Shown here: positions 12,870 to 26,497 of the stretch, in pieces
Position numbering within the stretch: the first letter of the stretch is position 1
Layout of the letters: each line of letters starts with the position of its first letter
Assembly: GCA_051530055.1 (NCBI GenBank)
Contig: CM121342.1
Coordinates: 406,797 to 470,796, forward strand
Origin: Neoechinorhynchus agilis
Taxonomy: Eukaryota; Animalia; Acanthocephala
DNA: 64,000 nucleotides
Reading direction: 5' to 3'
The notes under the pieces: generated by a model
The model's database searches: none
Told to the model about the DNA's origin: nothing
Seen by the model: only the letters and a program-made list of their open reading frames with translations
Program-made: the position numbers and the translations under genes

Positions 12870-15800
12870 AGCATTCTAGTTTGCAAAGGTTGTTATTGTT
12901 CCACATTCCAAGGTCATTATAATAAAAAAAAGTTGGCTCTCTAAATGCGAAATTGTCGAATAAAGCAATGGAGGCGTTCTACGAGATCGGATATGCACAT
13001 TCGATCATATCGGTATCAAACGACCTACACTGGCCTAAGAGCTTGAGATAAGTGCTGAATAGACTGGAAAGGTTTTTCTGCTGGATTGCGGTCTAGTGGT
13101 GCAAAAAAGATGAAGATTGATGGATCCATTTGGAAACTCTCAAAGCGGGAGGGGAGGATTTCTTATGTGACAGCAATACAGGCGATGAGAATGTCATATC
13201 AGATTACGTTGATCGCAAGGGAGGAGGTGATCGTGCATGGTGGAAGAGAGTTGGGAACCAAGTCGCGCTCAAGGTAGAAATTTTGCCATTATGAAATGCG
13301 AATAAACTCACTCTATAGTTCACGGTGTGGAGCTCGCGGTTGATTACGCATTGTTTGCTTGTTTATCTGAACCGATCTAAACGAAAAGAGGGGATTTTGC
13401 ATATGTAAATGTGTTGAGGGTTTGAGTGTGGGTGGAGAAGACAAGTGAAACGAAAAATCGAAGTGCGTATTGTATAATATGTCAAAAGCTTCAATTCAAA
13501 ACCTCTTAATATTCTTCATTGACAGTTTAGAAAAACGATGATTCCGTACGGAAAACAGTTTGGTAAGAAAAGAACATACCAGAAAAGGTTGACAAATTTT
13601 CTGGGGCAAAGGAAAATGCGATTAGTCAACTATAAATAAGCCCTCGAAAATAACTCCTAATAGCCGTCTCCGCAAATATTCTTTCTCTAATCATGTAAAT
13701 GCGAATATAGGATAATCGCGTACGGCTGAATATCGAATTATATTTAAACTAGTAAAAAGAGTTTCATTGCGAATGCCTACACCATTTTTGGAATCGAAAC
13801 GTAATTAAAGAATATCGGAAAGTGCTGTAATCAATATGGTTCGCAAACTGAGGGAAGAAACCCAATACCTTGTTTTTCAAGAATTCCCAAATTAAAAAAG
13901 CTTAACATGAAAGAGAGCATCGAAAAATGAAATTTAATTTTTTTTATAATTTATTTGCTACATCTAACGAATTTGACTGTGTTGGAACCGCACCAATTAA
14001 ACCAAAAATTAAAACAAGTTTCTTAGCTAAATATGCCTTGACTTATCGTCTTTCAGTGACTAACTGAAGTTATCTCTTTAATACTTCGAGAACGGAAGAG
14101 TAACTTCGATCAAGCACGATTCCTTCTCCAGAGTATTGCGAAAAAAACTCAGACAGCAGTGTTAAATTAGAAGAATATATTAAAAATTGTGGGCAAATAC
14201 CGATGCATTTACCATTATATTGTTCATGAGACCGTATACATGTATCTAAAAGATTAGGGGTTAAATTTGATGAAAATAATCTAGGAAATAAAATATTTCA
14301 TTCTTTGGCAGAGCAAATCGGGAGGAAAAATCTACGCGGTTTGCTGTGTCTTTAATTTGTAGATGAGTTGCCCTGTAGATGGGTATAAATTTCTTTAAAA
14401 AATGAATAAAGGCGAAACCTAAATGGTAGTCAGACAACGTTAGCGATGATTACGTATCTCAGACAAAATTCCATTACTTCGAGGATTAAAAAATTCGTAT
14501 CCTGAGTGGTATTTATCTCGCTATTTCTGAATGAACAAAATAAGCTTACTTAAAGATATTTGTGCTCCAATATAAACTTAGTTCACGAGAAAGATTCAAG
14601 TCTTACAAAAGTGGAATAGCCACGGCCATATGTGCGGAATATAGGAGGACTCGTGGAATTTTACTACCTATTAACTATAAAAGAGTTCTTAGAGAACTAT
14701 CTAAAAATCCGATGTTACCTAAAATTGTTTTCATCACATCTGAATAACTTTTAAGGATTTGTAATGTTTTAAATTTTTATTATAAATCACAAAAAATCGC
14801 AACTGTACTAACGTTTAGGATTATTGAGGTCATAAATGTAAACACCGCCAATAAATAAAACAATTATAGATAAAGCGCTTAACGTCGACTAGCTTTTCCC
14901 CAAGGCATGAATTCTTGAAAATCACACAAACTCTGGATGCACTATCTTCTCAATGCAGACACGAAAAAATAATATTAGCAGAATTTCATTGTTATTGTAT
15001 TAAATCAACCATCGAAATAAGAGAAAGTGGCACCGTAGAGCAGACGGCGTGCAAACTAGTTTAATAATAAGAATATATTTCAAGAAATCGTGATATTTTT
15101 AAGCGATAAGAAACCGTCTACCACTGTAAATGATAAGAAATTCCCTATCCATACGAATATTTCTTTGTTGGAGTGTAGACGAGTACCCTCGAGGATAAAA
15201 GTCTGGCATCTCGAAGAGACGGAAAACACTGAACTAAGAAAGGACAAGTACTATGTTCGACGATAAAAGTTTTTGCAAAAAAGGCACCTTGTGATCTCTA
15301 TAGATTTGTAAATCATAGAAAAATTTGTTTCTCTAAATCAGGTAATAATTCAAAGAATATAAAAAGGACGTTGAAGTTTATGTTTAAAAAAGGAACTTGA
15401 AATATGGGTCTGTAATTATACTGCTATATTTCTGTCACGACAAATAGCACTAGCCGTAGAGGCTTGTAAAACAGCAAAAATGTGGTACGAAAAAGACGAC
15501 GTTGGTATGGTGCACAAAGGCCCCATAACATCGTCGTATATCATTGATGGATGATAATAACACTCACTGAGAAGATTTGTACTCATGGTGTCGAGCGTAA
15601 CCCTTTTCAATTTTTGCGACAACTTATTTGCCTTGCTTCTCTGGGTGCCTTCCATTAATCAAATAGGTCACTGAAGATGCTGAACAAGCTCAGTCGAACA
15701 TGAATTACGTTTATCTTAATGTAGACATTTGGTGAACAAATAGGTCAATGCAAAGTGCTTGTGCCCCGTGAAACCGACATGGGTAAAACGGGGAACTCAG

Positions 15801-17372
15801 TGAAAGAGACCTAATCTTACAGTACTAAGCTTTTGTTATATTCCGCACTGTTTGTCTCTTAATAGAAGACGGGTATACCATAATTAGTATCCATTAAAAG
15901 ACATCTTCTATGCCGTCTTTAAGATATGATTTGCGTACCCTGCGAACGTCGTGAACGGTTTCGCTTTCTTGAATGGAAGCACTTGCTTTTTGGCTAAAGA
16001 ATTGAACCCAGATTAAGCAGCTAATTGGATTAAAAAAAGATTTAAAAAATTGTATAATAGCAAACATATTCGGCGATCATCTTGCCTATTAGAGCGATTA
16101 TTATCAATGAAGAATTATTTGTCCCTGTTGTTTGCGCGTGGAAAGGAACATGAACATAACTTCCTCTGATCATCTGAGAAAAAGAGCAGTGCGTGACGAG
16201 GGCCTATAGCTGTTACAGTCGCGAAGGAGTCTCAGAAAAGAAGGCACCGTAGCCGTCATCGCGATAAGATAGTTGTCTGGATGCAGGATTAGTCGGGAAC
16301 GCGTGAATCAAACCGGATCTAAAGAGACAAAATGGATTCAAATGTCTAGACCTATCTTATTTGATAGATAGAAAAAAGAAGTACGGTCTTCGCAGGTTGA
16401 ATCGAAAATCAAGAGTACAGAAAATTTTAGGCAGTAATATATCAAATACAAAAGCTACAGTGCAAAAATATTAAAAGTGTACTCCGAATGAGAGGAAAAA
16501 ATGCGGAGGCGATACCTACAACACGAATTGAGGATATCTCAAACCAACATCTCCATTATTTCTGGCGTAGAAAGTACAAACGCCAATCTTACTTTCGCAA
16601 AAAGACTACTTACAAGCTGGAAATATATCCGACTATTTTTGAAGTTTTTGAAGACTACTATGCTCTCAGGCAGCATTCGCTGGGGAATCGCTTTTCATTA
16701 AACAGACCTTTAAATGGCTACAAAATAATGCATTTGTGTCGCATTGACAAAATGCCCAACCGTCTATTTGCCTAGAACTAATTTTACTAACCTTTTTAAA
16801 CCGTCCATTCGTTTACTAGCAATGGCTCAATCAATGCATATATTTTGCTTGCAATTACAAAATCAAGTGTCGAATTTGAGCTCAAATTTCGCCAATCAAT
16901 GTTTAAACACGCTAGCCTCAAGAAATGTATTACGAAATTTCTGTGCGTCTGCAGTAATAATAAAAATTAATTCGTCGTAATAATAAAGTTTGCCAATCAC
17001 ATTACGAGCACAGTTAAATCGTTTGAAGTCGTTTAACTGCAATGAACGCTTTCAGTTTTTACTTTTAATTTCTAGTTAGAAATCTTTGTTGGTGCAAGAT
17101 AAGGCAAGTATCTCGACTTAATTACACCGCGCTGCAAGTAAAGGAATAACCGAAAATGTTTGCTATGTGATAACCGAATATTTTTAATAATTGTACAAAA
17201 ATATGATATTGCCAATATTGTCCATTTGCAAAAATACTAATTCTTTTTGTTATCGATATTTTTACGATGAAGTGCAAAATATGAGTGTTATTCAAAAGAA
17301 GGATTTCCATCACATTAAAAATTCTTTTAATAAACTTGAGCATTTTCCAATAATGCTCTCAATAATATAATC

Positions 17373-17933
17373 GTACGTTGGCGAATCCTGTTCCCGGTGT
17401 TGTCGTTACTCATTTATTTGAGAAATATTTCGCAAGGTTTTCCTTGCCTCTTCAATAGGTATCTAAAATGGAGACAATATAAACAGCGCTCAGTACCGCG
17501 GGTTTGCTAATACCCGAGGTGTGGGGGTTCGATCCGCACACACCTCTTGCGGTTTGTTGCCGACTAATTGGTTACGCCCGGTTAAATTTGGACGATGGAA
17601 GGCAACAAATCTAAACACACTCTGGTGCTACCAAAGTTGCGTAGCTAGCACGACGAGCAAATTAGTCGGCAACAAACCGCAAGAGGTGTGTGCGGATCGT
17701 AACCCCACACTTCGGGTATTAGCAAACCCGCGGATCTGAGCTACATCCAAACGCGACCGACTGTGCATGCTGTTTATATTGTCTCCGTTTTAGATAGAGA
17801 CTGAAGAGGCAAGGAAAACCGTGCGAAATATTTCTCAAATAAATATAACCACACTCTGGTGCTACCAAAGTTGGGTAGCATGACGAACAAATTAGTCGGC
17901 AACAAACCACGGGGACAGGATTCGCCAACGTAC
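17373..17933. mobile_element. ~560-bp foldback/MITE-like palindromic element
   Basis: Ends gtacgttggcgaatcctgt / acaggattcgccaacgtac; long internal inverted arms; internal ~60-nt direct duplication (cacactctggtgctaccaaagttg...caacaaacc). Confidence 0.75.
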
Positions 17934-20229
17934 AATCAAATTCACCCCGAGGACAATGATATATGACAATAATATAATCGTACTGAGAGTATTACAGATA
18001 TATATATATATTTAGCAGATATTTGCGGGCTCAAGTGGAGTATTTGCATGTCTCGGGGAAGAACAATATAATCTTTTTGTTACATTGGCGAAAATTTTAT
18101 GATATTTGAAAAGACTACATTCTGTAACAGTATCCCAATTCCATTAAAAGCATTCATGAATTTTCGAAAAATTTCCTCCTGTGCCAATTCATTACACTTT
18201 AACACAGCTTGACAAATGGTTTAAAACATCATATTGCCACTCACCTAAACAGCTACCCGGATATCATTTCCTTCCTGCTCACCCACAGCAGTATTCTAAA
18301 GAAAATATTTCATTTGAATTATAAGCATGATAGTCCAAAATAGAAAATGAGTAATTGCAGCGACCAGTTTTTTCTAAATCAGGACGATATCAACTACTTT
18401 CTCAGACGTTGGCGTTTACACATTCGTTGGATTCGACTGTAGTTTGATACGAGCAAAAATTGCATTTTTGATTGGTTAGTAGAAACGTTTACTTAAAAGC
18501 TTAATGATATTTTATTCCCCAAGTAAACAATGAAATAAACCATGAATTTAAATTCTGACGGAAATGAAATAGTTATTTTCTCGCCATATACCCTGGAAAT
18601 GCTTGAACTTGTTTATACTTTGAATGAGGTTCCTTCAAAGCCAACAACCTACACATTGACCTCATTTTTCTGAAAAAAAGATACCGGCAATCTATAGATG
18701 TTGCTAAACTGCAGCCGCTATTTGTCACCGGGATATTGTTGGGCATAATTATAGCACACAAAATCTACAATTTTTGCGTAATTCAAAAACAGTTACTTCT
18801 ATTTAGTTTTCTCAATATCGTGATCTACATCTGAGATTTGTTAAGATCGAGTATATATGAAGTATGTATTCGAATCAAGATGTTGTACAAAATCTTTACT
18901 GTAAAAGTGGATTTTTAGTGCATAATAAGACTTCTTACCGTTTGTGGAATATTGTTGGATTATATAAGTCCACTTGATTGATGGAGTCCAGACTATCAAC
19001 AATTTTACCAATGAACATCACTAGAATGCTCATAAAATTAAATATACTTGCTTTATGATCCGTTATTATCTAAGATACAAGTATAAAAGGGATCGGAAAT
19101 GATCTATTTTACGCCTATATCTTTGTACTGAATTTGCCAGTGCCAAAAAATGGATAAACGGTGCTAATTCAAGATTGTGTGGAAGCAGTGCATTTCCGAA
19201 AGTATTAGGTCACAATACAGCCCTTTTTTAACCCGCTGCTTGGCAAGGAATGATGCTGAATGCACAATAAACTGAATAAGTGGGTGCGAAAATTTCCACG
19301 CAAAATCGTGTTGAAATCTTAAAGCACCTAATGAAGGATAAGTGGCTAGTCAGCATAATTATTACTCATGGCAAATCATAAGAGACTGCACGATTCTTAG
19401 ATATCTTAAAGGCAATTGCATTTTTATTCGCGACTAGACCAGCAACTTGTGTATGTGACTGAATGAAGCTACTTGAGTGTAAATAAAGTTGGGGAATTTT
19501 ATGGGCACCATACTTGTGTGTTCCGCATTTTAGTCAGCGAAATGCACTGAAATAGGAGGGGAAAATCCAGGCTCCACAGATTATGCAGCAACTTTGAATT
19601 GACTTATTAGCATGCCAAAACGCAAATCAATGAGCTGTGTGTTATTTTTCCTTGCTTCATCAAGTAAAATATTTAGGACTCGGCAACCCATACGATGCAA
19701 TGTTCAAACAGAAGCTACAAAAATTCACTCGGTTCATGATTGGCCAAGGGAAAATAACTTTCCGATTTATAGAGATGCACATAGTCTCTCAATGAAGTCC
19801 CCTTCAATCTATTCATCTAGCAATTCAATAATCGAAATTTTTAGCCGTGAAAAATCTGACGGTTTGTATTGAGAGGAGAATAGATCGATTTATGCTGTAA
19901 TATTTAAGATGACTTCAACTTGCCGTCAAACATTAGAATGCTAGCTAACAGGAAGTATGCGGTAATAAGGTAGGGCCGCATAGCAGTTTGATTTGTATTG
20001 ATTTTTATGGAACGAAACACATAAACGGTATAATGAGGCTTAGAATTTTATCTATCCTAAGCGCCTCAGTGCAGCAGCAATTCGAATTTTCTGCAACTTG
20101 GTTGATTGAACGAGAATAACATACATACACACATAAGATTTATTCGAAGGAAGACATTGGATGATTAACCGACATAGTTTATGTGTAGGAATAATTATAA
20201 TTCGACAGAATTAAAGTTATAGCATCGCT

Positions 20230-23200
20230 GTCCATTTAAGCGCTTGTTTCCAGAAGTAAAGGAGTTTGCTCAGAGCCTCTAGGAAAGTGCTAATGTACTT
20301 TAATCGTTATTCGGGGTCTTCCTCTAGAATAGAAAACTAGGCCTGACATTGCCCAAGAGTTCCAAATACTTCTGGCATCATGAGAGCCGAGTCCAAGCTT
20401 AAAAGCTCTTCTGGATTTAAGCTTAGCGACACGTAAGAGTTTTTTGAATTTGCGGAGGTCGTAGGGTGTATCCCAGAGGTCAGATTAAAAAATTGTTTAT
20501 AAAATTCGCGAGCACGTTGTTTATCAAAAACCGACTAAGATTTTAAAATAAATTTCGTCTTTAAAGGGTTGAGTGACAGACCCATCTGAGGGAGAATAGA
20601 ATTAAGACATGACAGTAAATCTGAGAGTTTCTTTGTAGCTGCTAGGTAGTTCGCTTCCTTGATTACCGCTTTGAAATCGTCTGCATATAGGGTTAATTCA
20701 TTGCAGACTCTGCAGTTCTTAAGCAGAAATTGGGAAGGCAATTAAAAGAGGATGATTGATAGCGGGGACCCTTGCGGAACTCCTTTTGTTTGATGATAGA
20801 TTTGGTGAGATGTGTCATCTTGATAAAAAAATTGCTTAGACTTCATAGTGTTGTGCACTCGTGCAACTAGGTTATAAGGGAAGTGAAAATAACGAAGGAT
20901 CTTCATTATAAAAGCGATATCAATGTTATCAAAAGCCTTAGAGATATCGAAGGAAATTATAATGTTCATTGACTTCTGATTCCAATTAAAATTAGTGGCA
21001 ATTTCAGACAAAGCGGTCTGAACGCATTTATGGGGTAAAAAACCGTGGCATCCGTGGTCGATGCAGTCATTATTTGGGGCAAAATGTAAAAGCGTTTTAG
21101 CTTGTGCCCGTTCGTAGATTGATACCAGTGAGCTCTGAGTGGATATGGGACGAACATCTCCACCGGCTACAACCCTTTCCCCTTTCTTTTTGACGGAGAC
21201 GCACTGACCATAGCTTTAGCGATATCGGTGATGTTGACCTTGTAGAGTACATTCGTGGCTTTCAAACATATTGATGAGCCGTTATCAATATGTTTGAAAG
21301 CCACGAATGTACTCTACAAGGTCAACATTCGTGGCTTTCAAACATATTGATGAGCCGTTATCGGAAATCTTATCCCTTGACCTCCACCATTGAACAACAT
21401 TAGAGGCTTAAAGATCACGCCGTCTTGGTTTGACAGGTAAGAAAACTGCATATAATGCTGGTCAGCATCCTTCAGAATGAAAGCCGCAAAGAGTTTTCAC
21501 CGCGTTGTTAAGACCCGAGGTTTTAATCCATGATGCAGCCGCTTGTTGCCAAGGAACGAATTTTTTCTTAGAGACAACGCGTCACAACTGAGAAGAGCTG
21601 GGAAGGAGTGATTTGATCCTACCTCTATCCTTGTTCAGTTGGAAATGAGCTCTAAAAGGCCAGTATAATGCTGACAAGAATTTAACAGCTGCAGAATTTC
21701 CTTTAATTTTCTTACAAAGCCAGAGATTTTTATCAAAACTCCACACGATACCATCGTGGCCAGCACTTCCGAAAAGGGAGCTCTGGGAGACAATTAATTA
21801 AACAGGTTTTAGATTCTTATAAATGGATTTTACTGCGTCTGATGTAAATATTACATGCTAAAAAGACCTTTCCATTAAGAACTAGCGAAAAATCGCATAA
21901 AGCATGCTCGGGAAAACAAATTCTGAGATACGTTTCAGTGAGAAATAAGGTCGAAAAAGCGTTAAGAAACCCTGTGAATTGGCTACAAAAGGAGGGGTTA
22001 TAAAAATTATAAAATCGTTGTATAAACTACTGAGGTTACTTGGAAGATCTGAATGCGAATAGATGGATTTGGTTTCCTGTATAAAAATCATCTCGTAATT
22101 TCCTAGTTCGGGCTTTAGGTGCGAAACACCCAACGACCCCCTGCATTCCATTGCACTAACCTGAGGCTCATCGTGCTCTGGCCTTACGTTTGTGAGGCTT
22201 AGATATCATCTTATAGGTTCTGTCGGCGATTATCTGCATCTGCTCCTCAATGATTTGACGTACATATTCATCATTGTGAAGAGCCGGAACATCATTGACC
22301 ATCATCGGAGTGTCCGTCATACCATTCTGGGAAAGATCAAGGCAGCCCCTTTTGGCTGGTGCCTCTGGAGTCGGTACGTTGTTTTTTATTAAACCAGATA
22401 GGTTCATTTTTATGGAATTGACTAGCGCATCGAAATGTGCTCCCAGTCTTCTTTTAAAGCCTTGGATTGCGTTATTGATCCCTCTTTCCACTAAGCTTAG
22501 GATGTTTGCCGAGAACTCTTCGAGCCTTGCTTCCGATGGCCAGAGGTTTTTGAGCCCAGTCCCCATTTTTGACACGTGTTGGGGTAGGTATAGTCATCTT
22601 GTTGTGAGATTTACTTCATAAAGAATTTTACTTCCATAGATTGAAAGGAGCAGGGAGATCTTGTTAGCTTGTCCCGAACATGAACAGGTGCTTTAACCAC
22701 TGCCCGAGGAATCAGTTTCCCACGTAGTAAAGACTTTAAGAAGAATAACAACTTACATCCGAACTTCTCGAAAACGACCCTGTCTTCATTATCTATCTTC
22801 GGAAAGAGGCCGGAAACGATGAACGTAGATGTATAGCTCGAATCCGTGTATTGCAGGCTAGGATCTTCCTTAAATCTAGTAAGGAAACTCACGAATTGTT
22901 TCCTAAATAAATCGGAGATGAAGTGAATTTTTAAAAACTCCACCGTAGAACGAAATTGACTTAATACGATTGTAATCGTCTTTGAGTGATTTGAGCCACG
23001 CAGCTGCGTAGGTCTTGTGAAGGATTCCCTGCGTTGGATAGGGTTCGTCGTTATTGAGATCGAAAATGGCTATTTTTTAGCTTCGGTATTGACGAGGTGT
23101 TAATGACGCACTTCAGGGATGAAAGGTCCACCCATGTCTTTGTCCGTATCCATTAATTCCGTCACTTGGTCGTCCGGAGGAACGGTCGAATGATCGAAGA

Positions 23201-23330
23201 TGGAGGCAGGTTCATCGGGTGGCTATTTGCAAACCCTCCGCTGCAACGCTAGGTTGCGAAAACATTGCTGGTTGCAAAAAACGAGAATGACTGTCGAACC
23301 AATTTTCTACCGTTGCGCGTTTTGTCTTGA
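20230..23330 (-). mobile_element. Decayed APE-type LINE (I-group-like): ORF1, endonuclease, RT
   Basis: IFIQETK (APE); ISFDISKAFDNID, GVPQGSPLS, YADD (RT); multiple stops and frameshifts. Confidence 0.8.
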
Positions 23331-23399
23331 TCACAGTTTTATCATTTGAAAATTTTGGCACACTTAAATCGATATTTATTTAATCAAATTTTAACGAAA

Positions 23400-23835
23400 T
23401 TGCATACCTACAGCTGGACCAAAAGTATTTACAAACATTCACGACACCGCTCTGGATCACTCAGCTGCCGTCCTGGTGTGACGGTCGAAAGGAAGGATGC
23501 AGCGTTCCCTCTTTGCACAGCCAAACTTATGTTTTGTAGGAGGAATGCTCCTGTCCTCAGATCGCCAGCAATTCGTCTCAATCTCCTAGACAATTGCTTG
23601 ACCAGGTCCTGTGCCGCGGTACAAAGCGACCCGAGTGTCTCGACGCCAAAGGGAACAAAATAATGATTTTGACTCAGGTCCTTGTATTTGGTGTTTTTGG
23701 GATCCTTAGCGACGGCTGCTGCTCCCTCTAGTTTAACAGTAGCGAATTTTATGTTGCTGGCTGCGAACGGAGTCTCAGAGAAGACATTTCGCTACCAGAA
23801 GTGAATCCCAAATTGATTGCCTGGGACAATTGACG
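23400..23835 (-). mobile_element. 3' end of CRE-clade (restriction-like endonuclease) non-LTR retrotransposon
   Basis: Minus frame ...GAAAVAKDPKNTKYKDLSQNHYFVPFGVETLGSL...ISLAVQRGNAASFLST, the CRE-type REL C-terminus. Confidence 0.75.
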
Positions 23836-23839
23836 GGTG

Positions 23840-24400
23840 TTGGAAGCCCGACTTCTGTTATATACTGTAAGCTCTTCCAGTAGTCAATTCGCTTTCTGCT
23901 CAGGAATAAAACCATGAAAATGTCCAGGAATGTGTTTCCTCTTAAGCAGAAACTTTTCCAATAGTGAAATCATTGGATCTTGTATCGCGATAAATATAAC
24001 ATCACTTAGAGATTCAGTAACTCTTCTAATTTAATAATCATGCATTTCCGTATATTTTTAATATCATCTTCTATCAAATCAAATATTCTCTGAGAACTAG
24101 AAATGGAATTTTTCGCCTTGGGCTTTCTATTATTCCACGACAATTACATCTTTTAAATCAGTAAAAGTTGGCTCCAAATTCGCTCCTCGAGAACGGCTTG
24201 TATTTTACCAGACAACGCGTCGCCACCTTCGATGTTATTCTGTCAAAGAGCATAAAGTTTAATCGTGGAAAATCGTTCAGTCTCTCAAATTTCTTTGTTG
24301 AACTCAACTATTTTCTTTTCATCACAACAAATCCGCGCTTCTTAGACGTGCCTTTTCGATCGCATCGGAATCATTTCGGGCCATTTTGATAAAGCGTCGA
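23840..24400 (-). mobile_element. Fragment of I-group LINE (pre-RT region)
   Basis: Minus reading ..AIQDPMISLLEKFLLKRKHIPGHFHGFIPEQ resembles SIQNPIISCIER...SYFHGFIKG of the 35.4-39.1 kb LINE. Confidence 0.5.
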
Positions 24401-24406
24401 CCAAAA

Positions 24407-26497
24407 CTAAATATGTAATTCCATCACATGGTTCCGCGAAATCGATGTGTACCCGTTGCAATTCTCGCTGGGTATACTATACTCGCCTAATGCATGAGGA
24501 GGTTCCGCTGCCCTATTGGCCTGACACTGAGTACACCACTTGACCCATTCTTCAATGTCACCATCCAAATTCGGCCAACACACGTAGTATCGCGCCAAGC
24601 TTTTCATCGCGATCATCCCCGGATGGCCGTTATGCAACGTTTCTAACGCTGCCTTTCTTGGATCACTACACTCCCAGACATCATTAGGAAACCTCCTTCA
24701 ACAGCCAACTCGTTCTTGCGGCTCCCGAAGCGTTCCAAATCCCTCGGTACTTTGTTTGGCCAGTTAGTTTCGACGAACCTTTTAACTGTTCGTAGGTCTT
24801 TATCCCTATTGGTTTCTTCTTCGACAGATTCCAAAGATAATGATAGTTGGTCGCTTATCTCGTTCCGAATTAAATTGATCGCGCTCAACTCCTTCATCTT
24901 CTTGTCTTCTTCAGTGGCAAATCGAGACAAGATGTCCGCTATCATATTGTCTTTCCCATGTATGTGCTGCAATTTATAATCATATTGCGACAGTAAGATC
25001 GCCCAGCGCACAATTCGGTGGTTCGACATTTTCTGCAGATTCCCGTTTTCGCCGAAAATATACTGGAGGGGTTTGTGGTCACTAACAAGGGTGAAAGATC
25101 GACCCATCAGGTAGTAGTTAAATCTCGTCACCCCGTAAACGAGCGCAAACGCTCCTCTTTCTATCTGAGCGCGTCGCTGTTCCGCTGGCCGGAGTACTCT
25201 CGAACAATATGCTACTGGTTTGAAAGATCCTTCATCCGTTTCTTGCGGCAATACCGCTCCCAATCCTTTTTCACATGCGTCGCACATGAGACATAGATCT
25301 TTTCGTCCATTGTACGGTACTAGTACCTGAGCCGCTGCCAGCGCTTCCTTAATTGCACCAATCGCATCGTTTGCTTCCGCGTTCCATGACCATTTCATTC
25401 CCTTCTTCAGCATCTCGTACAATGGTGCGCATTTCGTCTGTAGATGCGGTACAAAACGCTCTAAGAAATTTACCGCGCTCAAGAAAGTTCGAAGTTCTGA
25501 TACACTGGAGGGCGTCTTCATCTTTTCAAGGTCTCGATTCTATCTTCATCTGGTTTGATTTGGTTCGATTCGAGGATATGACCCAAAAATTTAACTCGTC
25601 TTTCCATAAAGACGCATTTGTCTCTTTCGACCTTGATCCCTGCGTTTCGTAATCTCTCCATGACTTTTTTCAGATTTTCCAAGTGTACCCGGTCATCAAC
25701 TCCCGTTATGACTATATCATCTAAATATACGGCCATTCCAGGGATCCCATGCGGTAAATCACTCATGTACCGTTGGAAGATGAATGGTGCAATCGAAACT
25801 CCAAAAGGCAGCCTACAAAATCTAAAATATCCGATCGGTGTCGATATGGTCACTAGAGACCTCGATTCTGGTGCCACAGGCATCTGTAGGTATGCTTCTT
25901 TAAGATCGATGATCGAATATTTTCACCTCCAGCAATTTTGTAAACGGTCTCCTCGAAAGTCGGCATGATGTAAGAGTATGTCGAAATATATGGGTTGATT
26001 GTGACACTAAAGTCACCACATAAGCGCAATCCTCCGTCCTTTTTCCGAACAATGACTAACGGCGTTGCCCATGGAATCAATTCCTTCGATGCGTCCACTG
26101 GTTCCAAGATGTTTGCCATGACCATTCGATTCAATTCATCACGAATTCCTTGGTGAAGCATTAGTGGCGCTCTTCTTGGCGGGAGACATTTCGGTGTCGC
26201 ATCTGGTCCGATGAACAGTTTCGCTTCGTAGTTTCTAATCGTTCCAGCTTCTCTATCAAACAAATCTTGCATGCTTGATAATAAGTTTCTTAACTCAGAG
26301 TCGTCTGGACGATCGGCAACTTGCGCAACTTCTACTTCCTTCGGCCATTGAAGTTTGAACGCAGCAATCTACGGCCTTCCAAATAACGTATGAGCGGATC
26401 CCTCAACGACCGTTATTGGTAGCATACGCACCATGTTTCCGTTATTTGGAAGGCCGTGGATTGCTGTTGCTGAATTACGTCTTTCACATCCTACCAT
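24407..26497 (-). mobile_element. Ty3/Gypsy (Mag/K02A2.6-like) pol fragment: protease tail, RT, RNase H, integrase zinc finger; no LTRs seen
   Basis: PWATPLVIVRKKDGGLRLCGDF; RLPFGVS, VYLDD; CDACEKGLGAVL, SDHKPL; HNGHPG..MKSLAR..WP..C..CQ; domain order PR-RT-RH-IN. Confidence 0.92.

Noticed and set aside
13395-13412. POU/octamer-like ttttgcatatgtaaat upstream of ADAMTS
   Set aside because: A short AT-rich motif with no supporting conservation or functional evidence.
15671-15702. CTGAAGATG..TCAGTCGAACATG hammerhead-like motif
   Set aside because: The GAAA box lacks an A, stem II is mismatched, there is no stem I, and no Penelope coding sequence is recognisable nearby.
16236-16262. 13-nt match (agaaggcaccgta) to the Penelope fragment at ~50000
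   Set aside because: A match this short is expected by chance in 64 kb, and the flanks do not align.
18000-20200. Short ORFs and possible small exons
   Set aside because: No consistent splice chain or recognisable motif was found.
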